From Acidimicrobiia bacterium (lineage in GTDB: Bacteria; Actinomycetota; Acidimicrobiia; Spongiisociales; Spongiisociaceae): DNA of 64,000 nt. Numbering within the stretch: position 1 is the stretch's first letter; every line of letters begins with the position of its first letter. Shown here piece by piece: positions 1 through 9,534 of this stretch. The DNA lies in contig JBFGLM010000003.1 of NCBI GenBank assembly GCA_041576165.1, positions 84,839 through 148,838 on the forward strand. Reading direction: 5' to 3'. The notes under the pieces were generated by a model. That model had not been told where the DNA came from, ran no database searches, and worked only from the letters and a program-made list of their open reading frames with translations. The translations under genes and the position numbers were made by a program.

Positions 1-2101
1 GTGTCGGGGTCACGTGACTGATAGTACGGAGGTTGGGCAGATCGGTGGCGGCGGGAACGAAGTAGCTGATCAGGTTGGTGGTCAATGGTTGGCCCTCGGA
101 GCCGAAGCGGGCGTGCTCGAAGAGCGCCTGGCCGGCTCCTTGCGCCACACCGCCGTGTTGCTGGCCTTTGACGAGCATCGGATTGATAACGGTGCCGCAG
201 TCGTCGACCGCGGTGTGTTCTACCAGCCGGACCCACCCAGTTTCGGTGTCCACTTCGACGACTGCGACATGCGTCCCAAATGGATAGGTCGCCGCGCCTT
301 GAGGGTGTTCGACTTCCGCTGCCAGCGGGGAAGAATCTTTTTCGGTGGCTGCCTGGGCGAGGTCCCCCCACGCAATGGCAGTATGCGGCGCTCCCGCCAC
401 CCCGAGGCCGACGCCGGGCACGACCGTGATGTCGGCGACCGCCGCCTCCAGCAGATCGGCAGCAAGCTCGCGCGCCCGATCCACGACCGCATTGCTGGCG
501 ACAAACAGCGAGCTACCCGCAAGTTGCACCGTACGAGACGCGTACGTGCCTCCACCGCGCGGGACCTGGTCGGTGTCTCCCTGCACAACAGTGACCCGAT
601 CGAGCGGTATCTCGAAGCGGTCCGCCACGATCTGCGCGAATGCGGTGGCATGGCCCTGTCCGTGGTTGGCGCCGCCGGCCCGGGCGACGATCGTTCCGTC
701 CCGGGCGACCTCGACGGATCCCAACTCATGTAGCGGGGTCTTGCCAACGGTCACCTCCACGTAGCAGCCAACACCGACGCCGAGTTGGAGCCGGTCGCCA
801 TGGGCGCGACGGGCGTCCCGCTCCGCTATCCATGCTCGATGTGACGACCGGTCCAGCGCAAGATCCAATGCCGAGCCGTAATCACCCGAGTCGTACTCAG
901 TTCCGATGGCGGTGGTGACCGGATCCGTGAAAGGCGGCTGCAGGTTCAATCGTCGCAGTTCCACCGGATCCATTCCTAGCTCCAGCGCCAGCAGGTCCAT
1001 CGCTCGTTCGATGGCCTGGATCGCTTCGGGCCGGCCAGCGCCACGATACGGTCCGGTTGGTGTCGTGTTCGTGACCACGGACCGAAACGAGGCTGCGGCC
1101 CGCGGTATGTCGTAGCAGCCGCACGCCATCTCGAGGGTGTAGCGCGGCAGCCAGGTCGCAACGCCTGGATAGGCGCCCAGGTCGGCGACGACATCGAGCT
1201 GAAAGCCCCGCAGCCGGCCCTCCTGCGTCGCCCCCAGCCGGATGCGCTGGACCTGCGCCCGGCCGTGCACCATGTTGATGAAGTTCTCCGTCCGCCGTTC
1301 GACCCATCGCACCGGCCGGCCGAGCCGGCGCGCCGACTCCGCAACCACCGCATGTTCCACGAGCAGGTCGCCCTTGGCCCCGAAACCCCCGCCGACGTCC
1401 GGCGCTATGATCCGCAGCTGGTCCGAGTCGATCCGCAACATGGCGGCGAGGCTCGTGCGGGTGTTGAACACATCTTGGGTCGAAAGCCACACGGTGAGGC
1501 GCCCATCTGCGTCGACAGTCGCCAAGCAGCCGGAGCCTTCCAGCGGCACTGGCGCCAGCCGCTGGTTGACGAGCCGGTGCTCGACCACGACCTCCGACCC
1601 GGCCAGTGCATCCCCGTCGAACCCGGACCGCTCTTCCAAAGCGATGTTGCTGCCCAAGTCCTCAAAGAGGATGGGCGCATCTGCGGCCATGGCGGCGATC
1701 GGGTCCACGGTGGCCGGCAGCTCGTCGATCTCGGCATAGATGAGACCGGCCGCGTCCGCCGCGATCCGCTCGCTCTCGGCGATGACCACTGCGTAGGGAT
1801 CACCCACGTAGCGGACGGTGGCCGCGAGCGGCGGACGGGCGCATTCCGGTGGCGCTCCCCAGATCTGCAAGGGCGCCAGATCGAGTTCGTGGGCCGTGAG
1901 AACCGCGACGACACCGTCGGCAGACCGGGCCGCCTCGACCTCGACCGAACGGACCCGGCCGTGGGGAAGGTCGGAACGGGCGAACACCGCGTGGAGCACG
2001 CCCGCTGGAGTCATGTCGCCGACATAGGCGCCGGCGCCCCGTATGAGTCGAGGGTCTTCGCGGCGAGTCACGGCTCGCCCGAGAATGCTGCCGCCCGTCA
2101 T
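1..2101 (-). CDS. Xanthine dehydrogenase/CoxL-CutL family molybdopterin-binding large subunit; runs off the left edge
   Basis: Not in the ORF track because there is no stop in the window. Manual translation from ATG 2101 gives MTGGSILGRAVTRREDPRLIRGAGAYVGD..., with VGGGFG and the active-site loop PYRGAGRPEA (~1020-1055). Confidence 0.9.
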   Translation of the reverse strand, partial: MTGGSILGRAVTRREDPRLIRGAGAYVGDMTPAGVLHAVFARSDLPHGRVRSVEVEAARSADGVVAVLTAHELDLAPLQIWGAPPECARPPLAATVRYVGDPYAVVIAESERIAADAAGLIYAEIDELPATVDPIAAMAADAPILFEDLGSNIALEERSGFDGDALAGSEVVVEHRLVNQRLAPVPLEGSGCLATVDADGRLTVWLSTQDVFNTRTSLAAMLRIDSDQLRIIAPDVGGGFGAKGDLLVEHAVVAESARRLGRPVRWVERRTENFINMVHGRAQVQRIRLGATQEGRLRGFQLDVVADLGAYPGVATWLPRYTLEMACGCYDIPRAAASFRSVVTNTTPTGPYRGAGRPEAIQAIERAMDLLALELGMDPVELRRLNLQPPFTDPVTTAIGTEYDSGDYGSALDLALDRSSHRAWIAERDARRAHGDRLQLGVGVGCYVEVTVGKTPLHELGSVEVARDGTIVARAGGANHGQGHATAFAQIVADRFEIPLDRVTVVQGDTDQVPRGGGTYASRTVQLAGSSLFVASNAVVDRARELAADLLEAAVADITVVPGVGLGVAGAPHTAIAWGDLAQAATEKDSSPLAAEVEHPQGAATYPFGTHVAVVEVDTETGWVRLVEHTAVDDCGTVINPMLVKGQQHGGVAQGAGQALFEHARFGSEGQPLTTNLISYFVPAATDLPNLRTISHVTPT

Positions 2102-2125
2102 GGTGCCGGAACCGGGCGCCGCCGC

Positions 2126-3499
2126 TCAGTCAGGGCAATAACCAATCAGATCGAGCAGCACCTTCGCGCCGGGCACCAGCAGCGGTCCGCCGATCTCCAG
2201 GGTTGTCGAGGCTGGCTTGTCACCGTCGAAATGAGCCGCCCACTCCTCGATGCTCTGCGCGAACCACTGAAAATCGGCATGAAACGCCTGCCGCCGGCAG
2301 ATCTGGTCGAGGCTGGTCCCGGCCGCCTCACAGATCTTGGCGACGTTGTCCAGCATGTAGCGCATCTGCAGCTTGGGCGGCTGTCCATACCACGGGAAGT
2401 TGGGATGGCGCTCTGTCGACTCTTCCAACGACCCTTTGTGGTTGAACGGCAGGGTGGTCGAGAAGAACAGGAACTTCCCGGCCTTGACCGCCTGCGGTTC
2501 GTGCCCCAACCCTGGGGGCGCCTTGGTTGTTTCGATGGTTTCGATCTCCAGGTCGGAGTCGCCGGCCAGCAACTTGAAGGCGATCTCGATCCGGCTGCCT
2601 TTCCCGCCGAGTCCCATGTAGGGGATCACTACCCGGGCCGGTGGGTTCTCCGGAAACCAGTGACGCCACACCTTGTCCATGCCTTCGAAATCACGCGGGT
2701 GCCCCAGATAGACCGTGGCCTTCACGGCTCGATCGAGCGACGTGCCGGCGGCATCCGCGATCGCCGCCTGTTTCTTGAGCACGTAGTCGGTGTGCGTCTC
2801 GATGTCGGAGTGGTACCAGAACAGCGGGTTGCGGCGTGCCTCCAGGGCGATGCCGCTCGGCTCGCCGTAATACTCGGACCTACCGAAATCGCCTACCCAA
2901 TCGACCGGGATCTCGCCCGCCAGGAAGACCCAGTCGCCGCGGCGGATCGCCGGGCTGTACCCCGCCAACGGTGACGGCGTCCCTTCGGGAACCTCATAGC
3001 CGATGCTCGGGCCGGGATGCACCTCCGGGTCCATCCCGATCATGTCCACCTCGAGGATCGTGTCTTTCACCAGCAGCCCGGTTTCCCGAATGCCCATCCC
3101 GGTTGACGCAGGGCGCGGCTCCTCGATGAACTCGTTGCGGGTCAAGAGGTAGGGCATGATGTCGATGCGGGGCCAGGTGTTGCCCTGATCGAACTCGTCC
3201 ATCGTGGGATACGGAGACGTGAACCACTGGTAGATGCGAACGATATCGGAGCTGATGTCTATACCGGCGGCTTCCGCCGTCCTCTGCAAGTTCTGCAGGA
3301 CGTAGCGGGACTGGATCTCCAGCTGGTTCTCCACATAGCGGTTGCGCCCATCGCCGCCTGCCTCGGGCGCCAGCCCGGTCTCGAAATCAGACGCGAGCTG
3401 GCCGGCAAAGAACACCCAACCTCCCGCCTTGATGGCTGGGCTATACGGCATCAACGGCTTCGGCTCATCTCCCCATACTGCGGTGCGGTCGCTCGCCAC
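2126..3499 (-). CDS. Rid (YjgF/YER057c/UK114) family protein with three tandem Rid domains
   Basis: Three units: PYSPAIKAGGWVFFAGQ, GYSPAIRRGDWVFLAGE and EPQAVKAGKFLFFS, each ending in PA(S/R)...E(V/I)-like segments. GGAGG RBS upstream of the GTG. Confidence 0.85.
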   Translation of the reverse strand: MASDRTAVWGDEPKPLMPYSPAIKAGGWVFFAGQLASDFETGLAPEAGGDGRNRYVENQLEIQSRYVLQNLQRTAEAAGIDISSDIVRIYQWFTSPYPTMDEFDQGNTWPRIDIMPYLLTRNEFIEEPRPASTGMGIRETGLLVKDTILEVDMIGMDPEVHPGPSIGYEVPEGTPSPLAGYSPAIRRGDWVFLAGEIPVDWVGDFGRSEYYGEPSGIALEARRNPLFWYHSDIETHTDYVLKKQAAIADAAGTSLDRAVKATVYLGHPRDFEGMDKVWRHWFPENPPARVVIPYMGLGGKGSRIEIAFKLLAGDSDLEIETIETTKAPPGLGHEPQAVKAGKFLFFSTTLPFNHKGSLEESTERHPNFPWYGQPPKLQMRYMLDNVAKICEAAGTSLDQICRRQAFHADFQWFAQSIEEWAAHFDGDKPASTTLEIGGPLLVPGAKVLLDLIGYCPD

Positions 3500-3527
3500 A
3501 GCACGCCTCCCTTCTGTTGTCGACTGT

Positions 3528-4331
3528 TCAGACCGAAGCCGCGTCGAGCAGCCCTGTCGCCTCGGTGATCTCGGTTATGCCGCGCAGGTCGTCGGGCAGC
3601 TCCATTCCCCTACGGGCGTAGTACTCGGCGAGAAGCGCCGGGGCGTCGACTACCAGGCCGAGGTGGAGCGAGATGACTTGAAGCGCCGCGTTCTCCGCGA
3701 TCTCGGAGTAGCCGGCGACAATGTCGCGCGGCACGATGACCCGGAAGTCCAGGTTGGCCGCGTCGAACGCCGTCGACAGAACGCAGGCGTCGGTGTAGGT
3801 GCCGGTCAGGATGACGTTGTGAACATCGAGGTTCCGTAGCAAGAATTCCAGGTCGGTCGGGTAGAAAGCCGATAGCCGCTTCTTGGTCCGGATGTAGTAG
3901 TCGCCCTCGATCTCCTCGGTCATCAGGTCGAGCCATTTCGTGCCCTCCCACGAGTGCTCGTCCATCAGCTCGTTGTCCTCGATATAGAGGTAATAGAGCA
4001 CCCGCCAGTTGGCCATGCGGTTGTGTTTGCGGTTGTTCAGATCGTCAATACCGCCGTAGCGCTGCCAGTGCTGAACGTGAATCACGGGCATGCCGAGGTT
4101 GCGGCACTCGGCATGGAAGCGATCGTGGGCGGGGATACGGGCGCGGGCGCGTGGTGCCGGAAGCGTCAACCGCTCGTCGGGACCGACATGGCCCCGGTGC
4201 ATGTCGATCTCGACCACCGCAGTCTTGTCGGGGTCGAGCCAGGTTTCGAACGCGTCGTCGTAGTCAGGGACGCCGCTCGGGAGGACCAGCTTGCGCCCGT
4301 CCTCCATGTAGCAGTACAGCTCGGTTTGCAT
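3528..4331 (-). CDS. Isochorismatase-family cysteine hydrolase (RutB/nicotinamidase-like amidase)
   Basis: Asp-Lys-Cys triad pattern: VEIDMH, KKRLSAF, GTYTDACVLSTAFDA. Confidence 0.88.
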   Translation of the reverse strand: MQTELYCYMEDGRKLVLPSGVPDYDDAFETWLDPDKTAVVEIDMHRGHVGPDERLTLPAPRARARIPAHDRFHAECRNLGMPVIHVQHWQRYGGIDDLNNRKHNRMANWRVLYYLYIEDNELMDEHSWEGTKWLDLMTEEIEGDYYIRTKKRLSAFYPTDLEFLLRNLDVHNVILTGTYTDACVLSTAFDAANLDFRVIVPRDIVAGYSEIAENAALQVISLHLGLVVDAPALLAEYYARRGMELPDDLRGITEITEATGLLDAASV

Positions 4332-4346
4332 TCGTGATCTCCGTTC

Positions 4347-5534
4347 TCAGGCGGCGCAGCCGATCGAAGCCGGGTCGATCGCCTCGCCATCGCCCTGCAG
4401 ACCGATGGTCGGGCTGCCGGCCGTCTCGTCAGGGATGGTGATTGACCCGGACCGGACCGCCTCCACGATCGAGTCGTAGGTGGCACGTTCCTCGTCAGAC
4501 AGCAGACCGGCGATGTTCTCGTACAGCGGCGCCGCGATTTCCGGGTTGTTGGTGGCGTCGAACTCGATGAAGTCTTTCGCTCCGATCTCGCCGTTGGCGG
4601 CTCGTTCGATCACTTGCTGGGAAGTGAAGGTGAGCCCGTGGATCGCAGATGTCAACACCACGTCCGGGCCGAGTTCCTGGCTCTCGTAGTAGGACGGTAT
4701 GACCCAGACCTGGCTGTCTGACTGTTCGGCTGCCTCCAGGATGCCGAAGACCGCCGAGTCGGTGGCAGACAAGATCACGTCTGCACCTCCGGCGATTTCG
4801 GACTGGGCCGCCGACTTGGCAATGGCTGTGTCGATCCACGTGTCGATGTATTGCTGGCTGAACTCGATGTCCGGGTTCACGCACCGCGCACCGAGCACGA
4901 ACGCCTCGGGTTGACGGGTCAGTCCGGGGAACTCGAACCCGTTGAGCGAAGCAATGTGGCCGGTGTCGGTCACCAGTGCGGCCAGCACCCCTGCGAAGAA
5001 GTTGGCGTTGTGTTGAGCCGGGTCGACCCAGCACAGATTGTCCGGCTGGTTATCGCCTCCGGTCGCGTCGCCGGGGTGGTGTGGAGCGAGGCACACCTGG
5101 ACGTCCGGGAACTGCTCCGCCAGCGTGATGGCGGGATCCACCATGGCGCCGTGGGCGATGAGGATGAAGTCGAAGCCTTGCCCGGCAAAGGCTGCTCCCT
5201 GCTGCACCACGGCGTCGGGATCGTTGAGCAGATCGACGGACTCGACCACGATGTTCGGGTTGTTGGCCATGGCCTGCTTGGCCCCGTCGAACCAGGCATT
5301 CGACCAGGAGAGGTCGTCCTCGGTGCCCGGGTAGATCAATGCCACCCGGAAAGGCTCGCCGCTCGGTTCGGCTTCGGTCGCCGCCGTCGTTTCCTCCGGC
5401 GCGGTGGTGCCTTCGGGTGCGGCGGTAGTCGCGGTTTCCTCGTCGCCGTCGCCACAAGCCGCCAGCACCATCACCAGGGCCGTGGCAAGGGCAAGTAGGC
5501 GGAGGAACCCGTCGATTGACCGTAGGTCGCCCAT
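4347..5534 (-). CDS. BMP-family ABC transporter substrate-binding lipoprotein (nucleoside/nucleobase type)
   Basis: Lipobox LAAC, Thr/Glu-rich linker, DDLSWSNA and AGVLAALVTDTGHI motifs; adjacent permeases. Confidence 0.88.
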   Translation of the reverse strand: MGDLRSIDGFLRLLALATALVMVLAACGDGDEETATTAAPEGTTAPEETTAATEAEPSGEPFRVALIYPGTEDDLSWSNAWFDGAKQAMANNPNIVVESVDLLNDPDAVVQQGAAFAGQGFDFILIAHGAMVDPAITLAEQFPDVQVCLAPHHPGDATGGDNQPDNLCWVDPAQHNANFFAGVLAALVTDTGHIASLNGFEFPGLTRQPEAFVLGARCVNPDIEFSQQYIDTWIDTAIAKSAAQSEIAGGADVILSATDSAVFGILEAAEQSDSQVWVIPSYYESQELGPDVVLTSAIHGLTFTSQQVIERAANGEIGAKDFIEFDATNNPEIAAPLYENIAGLLSDEERATYDSIVEAVRSGSITIPDETAGSPTIGLQGDGEAIDPASIGCAA

Positions 5535-5615
5535 GATCTCCTCCCAAGTCGATCTGATGTCTTTGAGTCAGACAAAAGGCACTTTACTGAAGATGAATGC
5601 CGCGTGCCCGGGTGG

Positions 5616-6545
5616 TCAGGCAGACTCGCTCTGGGCCCGGTACGGAATGCCGACCGCGGCCGGGTAGGTGGATCCCGGAGCGAACACCACGGCGACGGTG
5701 GTGACCAGGTAGGGCAGCGCCACCCACAGTTGGGTCGGGATCGATGCCAAGGCGTCCAGCTGGTTGGCCAGAAACTGGAGCCCCTGCGTGAGTCCGAAGC
5801 CGAGCGCATAGATGACAACCCACTTCGGTCGCCATTTGGCGAGGACGACCACGCCCAGTGCGATGAACCCGCGGCCGGCGGTCATTCCCGGGATGAATCC
5901 ACCAGAGGTGCTGAGGACGAGGGCGGCCCCGCCGAGAGCGGCGAATACGCACCCGATGACGACGGCTGGATACCGTAGGCGACGGACGTCGAGGCCGCCG
6001 GATTCGGCGGCCAGCGGGCGCTCACCGGCCGAGCGGGCGTAGAGCCCCCACCAGGTGCGGTTGAGGAGCCAGTGCACCCCGACTGCTAGTCCGAGCGCCA
6101 GGTAGAGCATGATGTTCTGGTCGCCGAGGACGTCGCCGATCCAGCGGATGTCCGTGATCAAAGGCAGTTCGATCGATCCCAGCGTCTCGCCGTTCTGGCC
6201 GGCGAGGTACCGCGAGTGGAGGGTGGCCGTGAAACCGAGCGCGAATATGTTGAACATGAGGCCGGTCACGATCTGATCGGTGCCTCGTCGGACGTAGAGG
6301 TAGGCCAGGATGGCACCGCTGAACAACCCCGACCCGGCTCCGGTGACGATGGCCAGGGGCACGTTGCCGATCTGAATCCCGATGAAGGCGGTGAAGAGAG
6401 CTCCGATCAGCATGGCGCCTTCGATCCCGACGTTGAGGACCCCGGCCTTTTCTGCCACGGCCTCGCCCAGCGCAGCCAGCAGAATCGGCACCGCGAGCTG
6501 GATCCCGATGACGAAGAACGCGATCACGAGCGCTTCAGTGAGCAT
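5616..6545 (-). CDS. ABC transporter permease (nucleoside/BPD_transp_2 type)
   Basis: LAALGEAVAEKAGVLNVGIEG and GMTAGRGFIAL motifs; hydrophobic. Confidence 0.92.
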   Translation of the reverse strand: MLTEALVIAFFVIGIQLAVPILLAALGEAVAEKAGVLNVGIEGAMLIGALFTAFIGIQIGNVPLAIVTGAGSGLFSGAILAYLYVRRGTDQIVTGLMFNIFALGFTATLHSRYLAGQNGETLGSIELPLITDIRWIGDVLGDQNIMLYLALGLAVGVHWLLNRTWWGLYARSAGERPLAAESGGLDVRRLRYPAVVIGCVFAALGGAALVLSTSGGFIPGMTAGRGFIALGVVVLAKWRPKWVVIYALGFGLTQGLQFLANQLDALASIPTQLWVALPYLVTTVAVVFAPGSTYPAAVGIPYRAQSESA

Positions 6546-7605
6546 CGGGGTTCTCTGGGTACTGGAACTTTATGAGCCCGCCGACCATCAACAGGATGAC
6601 GAACACTGCGACGATGATCTCGCCGACACTCGGTGATAACCCGGCTCCCGCCTGCAGGCTGTTGCTCCCCACCCGCAGGATGGCGAAGAATCCGGCCGAC
6701 GCGATGATCCACAACGGGTGAAGCCGGGCGACCAAGGCCACGCCGATCCCCACAAAACCGAAATTCGCCGAGAAGTTCTGGAGCAGGGAGTGATCTCGAC
6801 CTTGGACGATCAACGCCCCGGCCAGACCGGCGAATGCACCGGCGATGAGGAACGCTTGCACGGTGACCCGCTCGGTGCGAATACCGGCGAGTCGGGCCGT
6901 CCGCTCATTTGCTCCGATCGCTCGGATCGAAAACCCGAGCCGGGTCCGGCTGATGGCGATGAACGCGATCACGGCCGAGGCGAGCGCGAGAAAGATCCCG
7001 ATGTCAACCAGGGAACCCGACCAGGGTCGAGCGTACTCGGCGTTGACGGCGATGCTCTCTGTTCGCTGGACAAAGCCCTCCGGAAAGACGTCGAAGATCA
7101 CCCACGCGGCCGTGAAGGTTGCCACGAAGTTCAGCATCAGCGTGGTCACGATCTCGCTGGCGTCGAACCGCGCCTTCAGCCAGCCGGGAATCGCGGCCCA
7201 GACGGCACCGGCCGCGATCGCCCCTGCCGTCACGGCTGCGATCAAGAGGACCCGGGGCCAGGTGTCGGGTAGGGCGATGCCCAGGACGGCTGCGGCCATG
7301 GCACCCGCGGTCATCTGGCCCTCGCCGCCGATGTTCCACAGCCGGGCTGAGAACGGGATGGCGGCCGCGAGCGCTACCAGGATCAGAATCCCCGACACCA
7401 CGATCGTCTGACTCAGGTTGAATGTATTGCCGATCGAGCCGCTGATGAGTGTCCGGCCGACGTCGATGGGGCTGGCCCCGAGAATGGCGACCAGCACGGC
7501 CATTACGGCGAGCGTGCCGGCCAGCGCCAGCAGGGATCGCACCCAGCCGGGAAGCGTCCGGCCGGCGCCGGCCCGAACGAGGTTGGCGGGAACCGGCGTA
7601 TCCAT
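6535..7605 (-). CDS. ABC transporter permease (nucleoside/BPD_transp_2 type)
   Basis: LWNIGGEGQ, SEIVTTLMLNF and GFVGIGVAL motifs. Confidence 0.92.
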   Translation of the reverse strand: MDTPVPANLVRAGAGRTLPGWVRSLLALAGTLAVMAVLVAILGASPIDVGRTLISGSIGNTFNLSQTIVVSGILILVALAAAIPFSARLWNIGGEGQMTAGAMAAAVLGIALPDTWPRVLLIAAVTAGAIAAGAVWAAIPGWLKARFDASEIVTTLMLNFVATFTAAWVIFDVFPEGFVQRTESIAVNAEYARPWSGSLVDIGIFLALASAVIAFIAISRTRLGFSIRAIGANERTARLAGIRTERVTVQAFLIAGAFAGLAGALIVQGRDHSLLQNFSANFGFVGIGVALVARLHPLWIIASAGFFAILRVGSNSLQAGAGLSPSVGEIIVAVFVILLMVGGLIKFQYPENPDAH

Positions 7606-8586
7606 CTATGGCAGGAAGGCGCCGACGCCTTGAATCTCAGCAAGGCGCTTGCGATAGGCAATTCCGGATGCGTCCGGCACTTTGAGGTGCAATTCGTCCC
7701 GAAGATCGGTCGGGATCTGCTCTGGACGCTGGCTCTCGACGACCGCCCGGTCCTGTTCCATGATCGTGTGGGTGAAATCGATGAAACCTTGATCGTGGAT
7801 TGGGTCCAGGTCGTAGTTGCGGGCGATCCAGAGGAACATGTGGGTCGTGGTGTCGTTGGTGGGGGAGGACGCCATTGAGATAAGTGTGCGGTCGCCGCTG
7901 GGGATGGTCTTGCGCAGATGGATCGTGAACGGGCCGGTCAGCCAGTACTCCCATTTGACTATGTCATCTTCTCCTGAATGCAGGGTCGACGGCTCGGGCG
8001 CCTCGTACCAGTAATAGAGCATGCGACCCAGATTCTCGACGGTGTGCTCCGCGACCACCGTTCTCTCCCGGGAGCCGAGGATCCCTTCGTGAACGTATGG
8101 GAAGTGGGACAAATCCATGAAGTTCTCCACCGAACGGCCCGCGGACGTATTCCAGACGTAGTGATGAGACACGAACGTCCTGTATCCGGGGTCATCCCAT
8201 TCATCGTTCGGGAAGGGCGGGATGTCTTCGACCGGTTCATCGAGCGCCAACCACACCAAGCCGAAACGCTCGGCCGTCCGGTAGACGATCGCCCTCGCCT
8301 TGGAGGGGATGGGCGAACCGGGTGGGAGCGACGGAATGTGAACGCAGGCACCGGTCTCGTCATACGCCCAGCCGTGATAGCCGCTACGCAGGATGCCGTC
8401 TTCGATGAAACCACGCGACAGGGCAACGCCGCGGTGAATGCACAGGTCCTTGAATACCCGCACCTCCCCTGACGGGGCGCGAAAGGCAACTAGGTCGTCG
8501 CCGAGCAGAGTGAACCGCTGGGGCTGGTCTCCGACGGCGGACGACTCGGCGATCGGGTGCCAGTAGTTCGCCAGGGTTGCTGCCAT
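7606..8586 (-). CDS. Rieske non-heme iron oxygenase alpha subunit (VanA/NdmA-like demethylase type); second Rieske Cys read as Ser
   Basis: CIHRG...LRSGYHGW Rieske box; mononuclear-Fe site ENFMDLSHFPYVH...EQD. ATG 8586 follows a GAGGAGG RBS. Confidence 0.88.
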   Translation of the reverse strand: MAATLANYWHPIAESSAVGDQPQRFTLLGDDLVAFRAPSGEVRVFKDLCIHRGVALSRGFIEDGILRSGYHGWAYDETGACVHIPSLPPGSPIPSKARAIVYRTAERFGLVWLALDEPVEDIPPFPNDEWDDPGYRTFVSHHYVWNTSAGRSVENFMDLSHFPYVHEGILGSRERTVVAEHTVENLGRMLYYWYEAPEPSTLHSGEDDIVKWEYWLTGPFTIHLRKTIPSGDRTLISMASSPTNDTTTHMFLWIARNYDLDPIHDQGFIDFTHTIMEQDRAVVESQRPEQIPTDLRDELHLKVPDASGIAYRKRLAEIQGVGAFLP

Positions 8587-8603
8587 TGGACGACCCTCCT
8601 CGC

Positions 8604-8689
8604 CGGGCGATTGCCCCCGGACGCTACCAGTTATCATTGACCAGAGTGAAGAAGCATGCAGTGTCATTGAAGTCCGCGGGCGATTGCCC
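8604..8689. promoter_or_regulatory. Divergent promoter region with two copies of near-palindromic CGGGCGATTGCCC and two TCATTGA direct repeats
   Basis: 13-mer at 8604-8616 and 8677-8689; TCATTGA at 8634-8640 and 8664-8670. Confidence 0.45.
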
Positions 8690-8719
8690 AGCGGCGTGTC
8701 GGTCCATGGAGCTCGCTCG

Positions 8720-9133
8720 ATGAGCGGAGGACCCGGCTACGAGCCGGTCATTCCGTCCCGGGCGCGGATCCTCCCCGACGACGACACGTGTCCAGAACTC
8801 CCGATCGTGGTCGAAAGCGGTAGAGCATGGGCCGTGGCCTGGCCAGGCTCGGGCGCTCACCTCCGTTCCATGCATCGCATCTCGCTGCCGGCCTCGGCTT
8901 CGACCGTCCCGCTCCGGCACCCGATGGAATCGGTCTACTACGTCATGGCGGGCGCGGCGGTGGCGCATGACCTCGATCTGCAGCAAGAACATCCGCTCAC
9001 TCTCGGTTCGATGATCTTGATCGATCCGGGAACGCGTTACGAACTGGTGGCAGGTGATGAAGGGGCCGAGCTCGTCGGCGGACCTTGTCCACCCGACCCG
9101 GGCATGTACACACATTTGGGAGAGGGTCACTGA
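8720..9133 (+). CDS. Cupin-domain protein
   Basis: LRHPMESVYYVMAG...GSMILIDPGTRY; TGATG coupling to the next gene; start uncertain. Confidence 0.75.
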   Translation: MSGGPGYEPVIPSRARILPDDDTCPELPIVVESGRAWAVAWPGSGAHLRSMHRISLPASASTVPLRHPMESVYYVMAGAAVAHDLDLQQEHPLTLGSMILIDPGTRYELVAGDEGAELVGGPCPPDPGMYTHLGEGH

Positions 9134-9534
9134 TGGCCATACACGTGCTGCACAAGGATGAACCGGATCTCATGATGCCCATGAGTGCGGCGGACGCCCG
9201 CCTCATCGTGTGGGCGGGCCGCGGGTCGCAGACCGCCAACATGAACTACGTGGACATGCAGCCCGGTGAGCGGAACATCCCGCATACCCATAAGGGCTCG
9301 GAGGACACGCTGTATGTGATCGAGGGCCGCGGCACCATGGAGGATCTCAGTAACGGCCTCGAACTTGCATTCGAGGCGCCGTGCGCAGTGCACGTGCCGG
9401 TCGGCCTGTGGCACGCCGTCAAGGCGGACCGGGGCAGCAACATCGAGAGTGTTGGCGGACCTTCGCCGGCCGACTGGAACATGCTGGTGCGGGTCGGCGG
9501 CTACCAACGGCTCACGATCGGGGACTCGCCGTGA
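9133..9534 (+). CDS. Cupin_2 domain protein with intact metal site
   Basis: PHTHKGSEDTLYVIEG and VPVGLWH motifs; ATG overlaps the previous stop. Confidence 0.85.
   Translation: MAIHVLHKDEPDLMMPMSAADARLIVWAGRGSQTANMNYVDMQPGERNIPHTHKGSEDTLYVIEGRGTMEDLSNGLELAFEAPCAVHVPVGLWHAVKADRGSNIESVGGPSPADWNMLVRVGGYQRLTIGDSP

Noticed and set aside
1-2101. Aerobic CO dehydrogenase (form I coxL)
   Set aside because: The active-site loop is PYRGAGR, not AYxCSFR, so only a general Mo-hydroxylase call is supported.
1265-2974. Long alternative ORFs (also 16859..18325, 47229..48887, 51655..52863, 59229..60458)
   Set aside because: They are antisense to better-supported genes, carry no recognisable motifs, and are expected in high-GC DNA.
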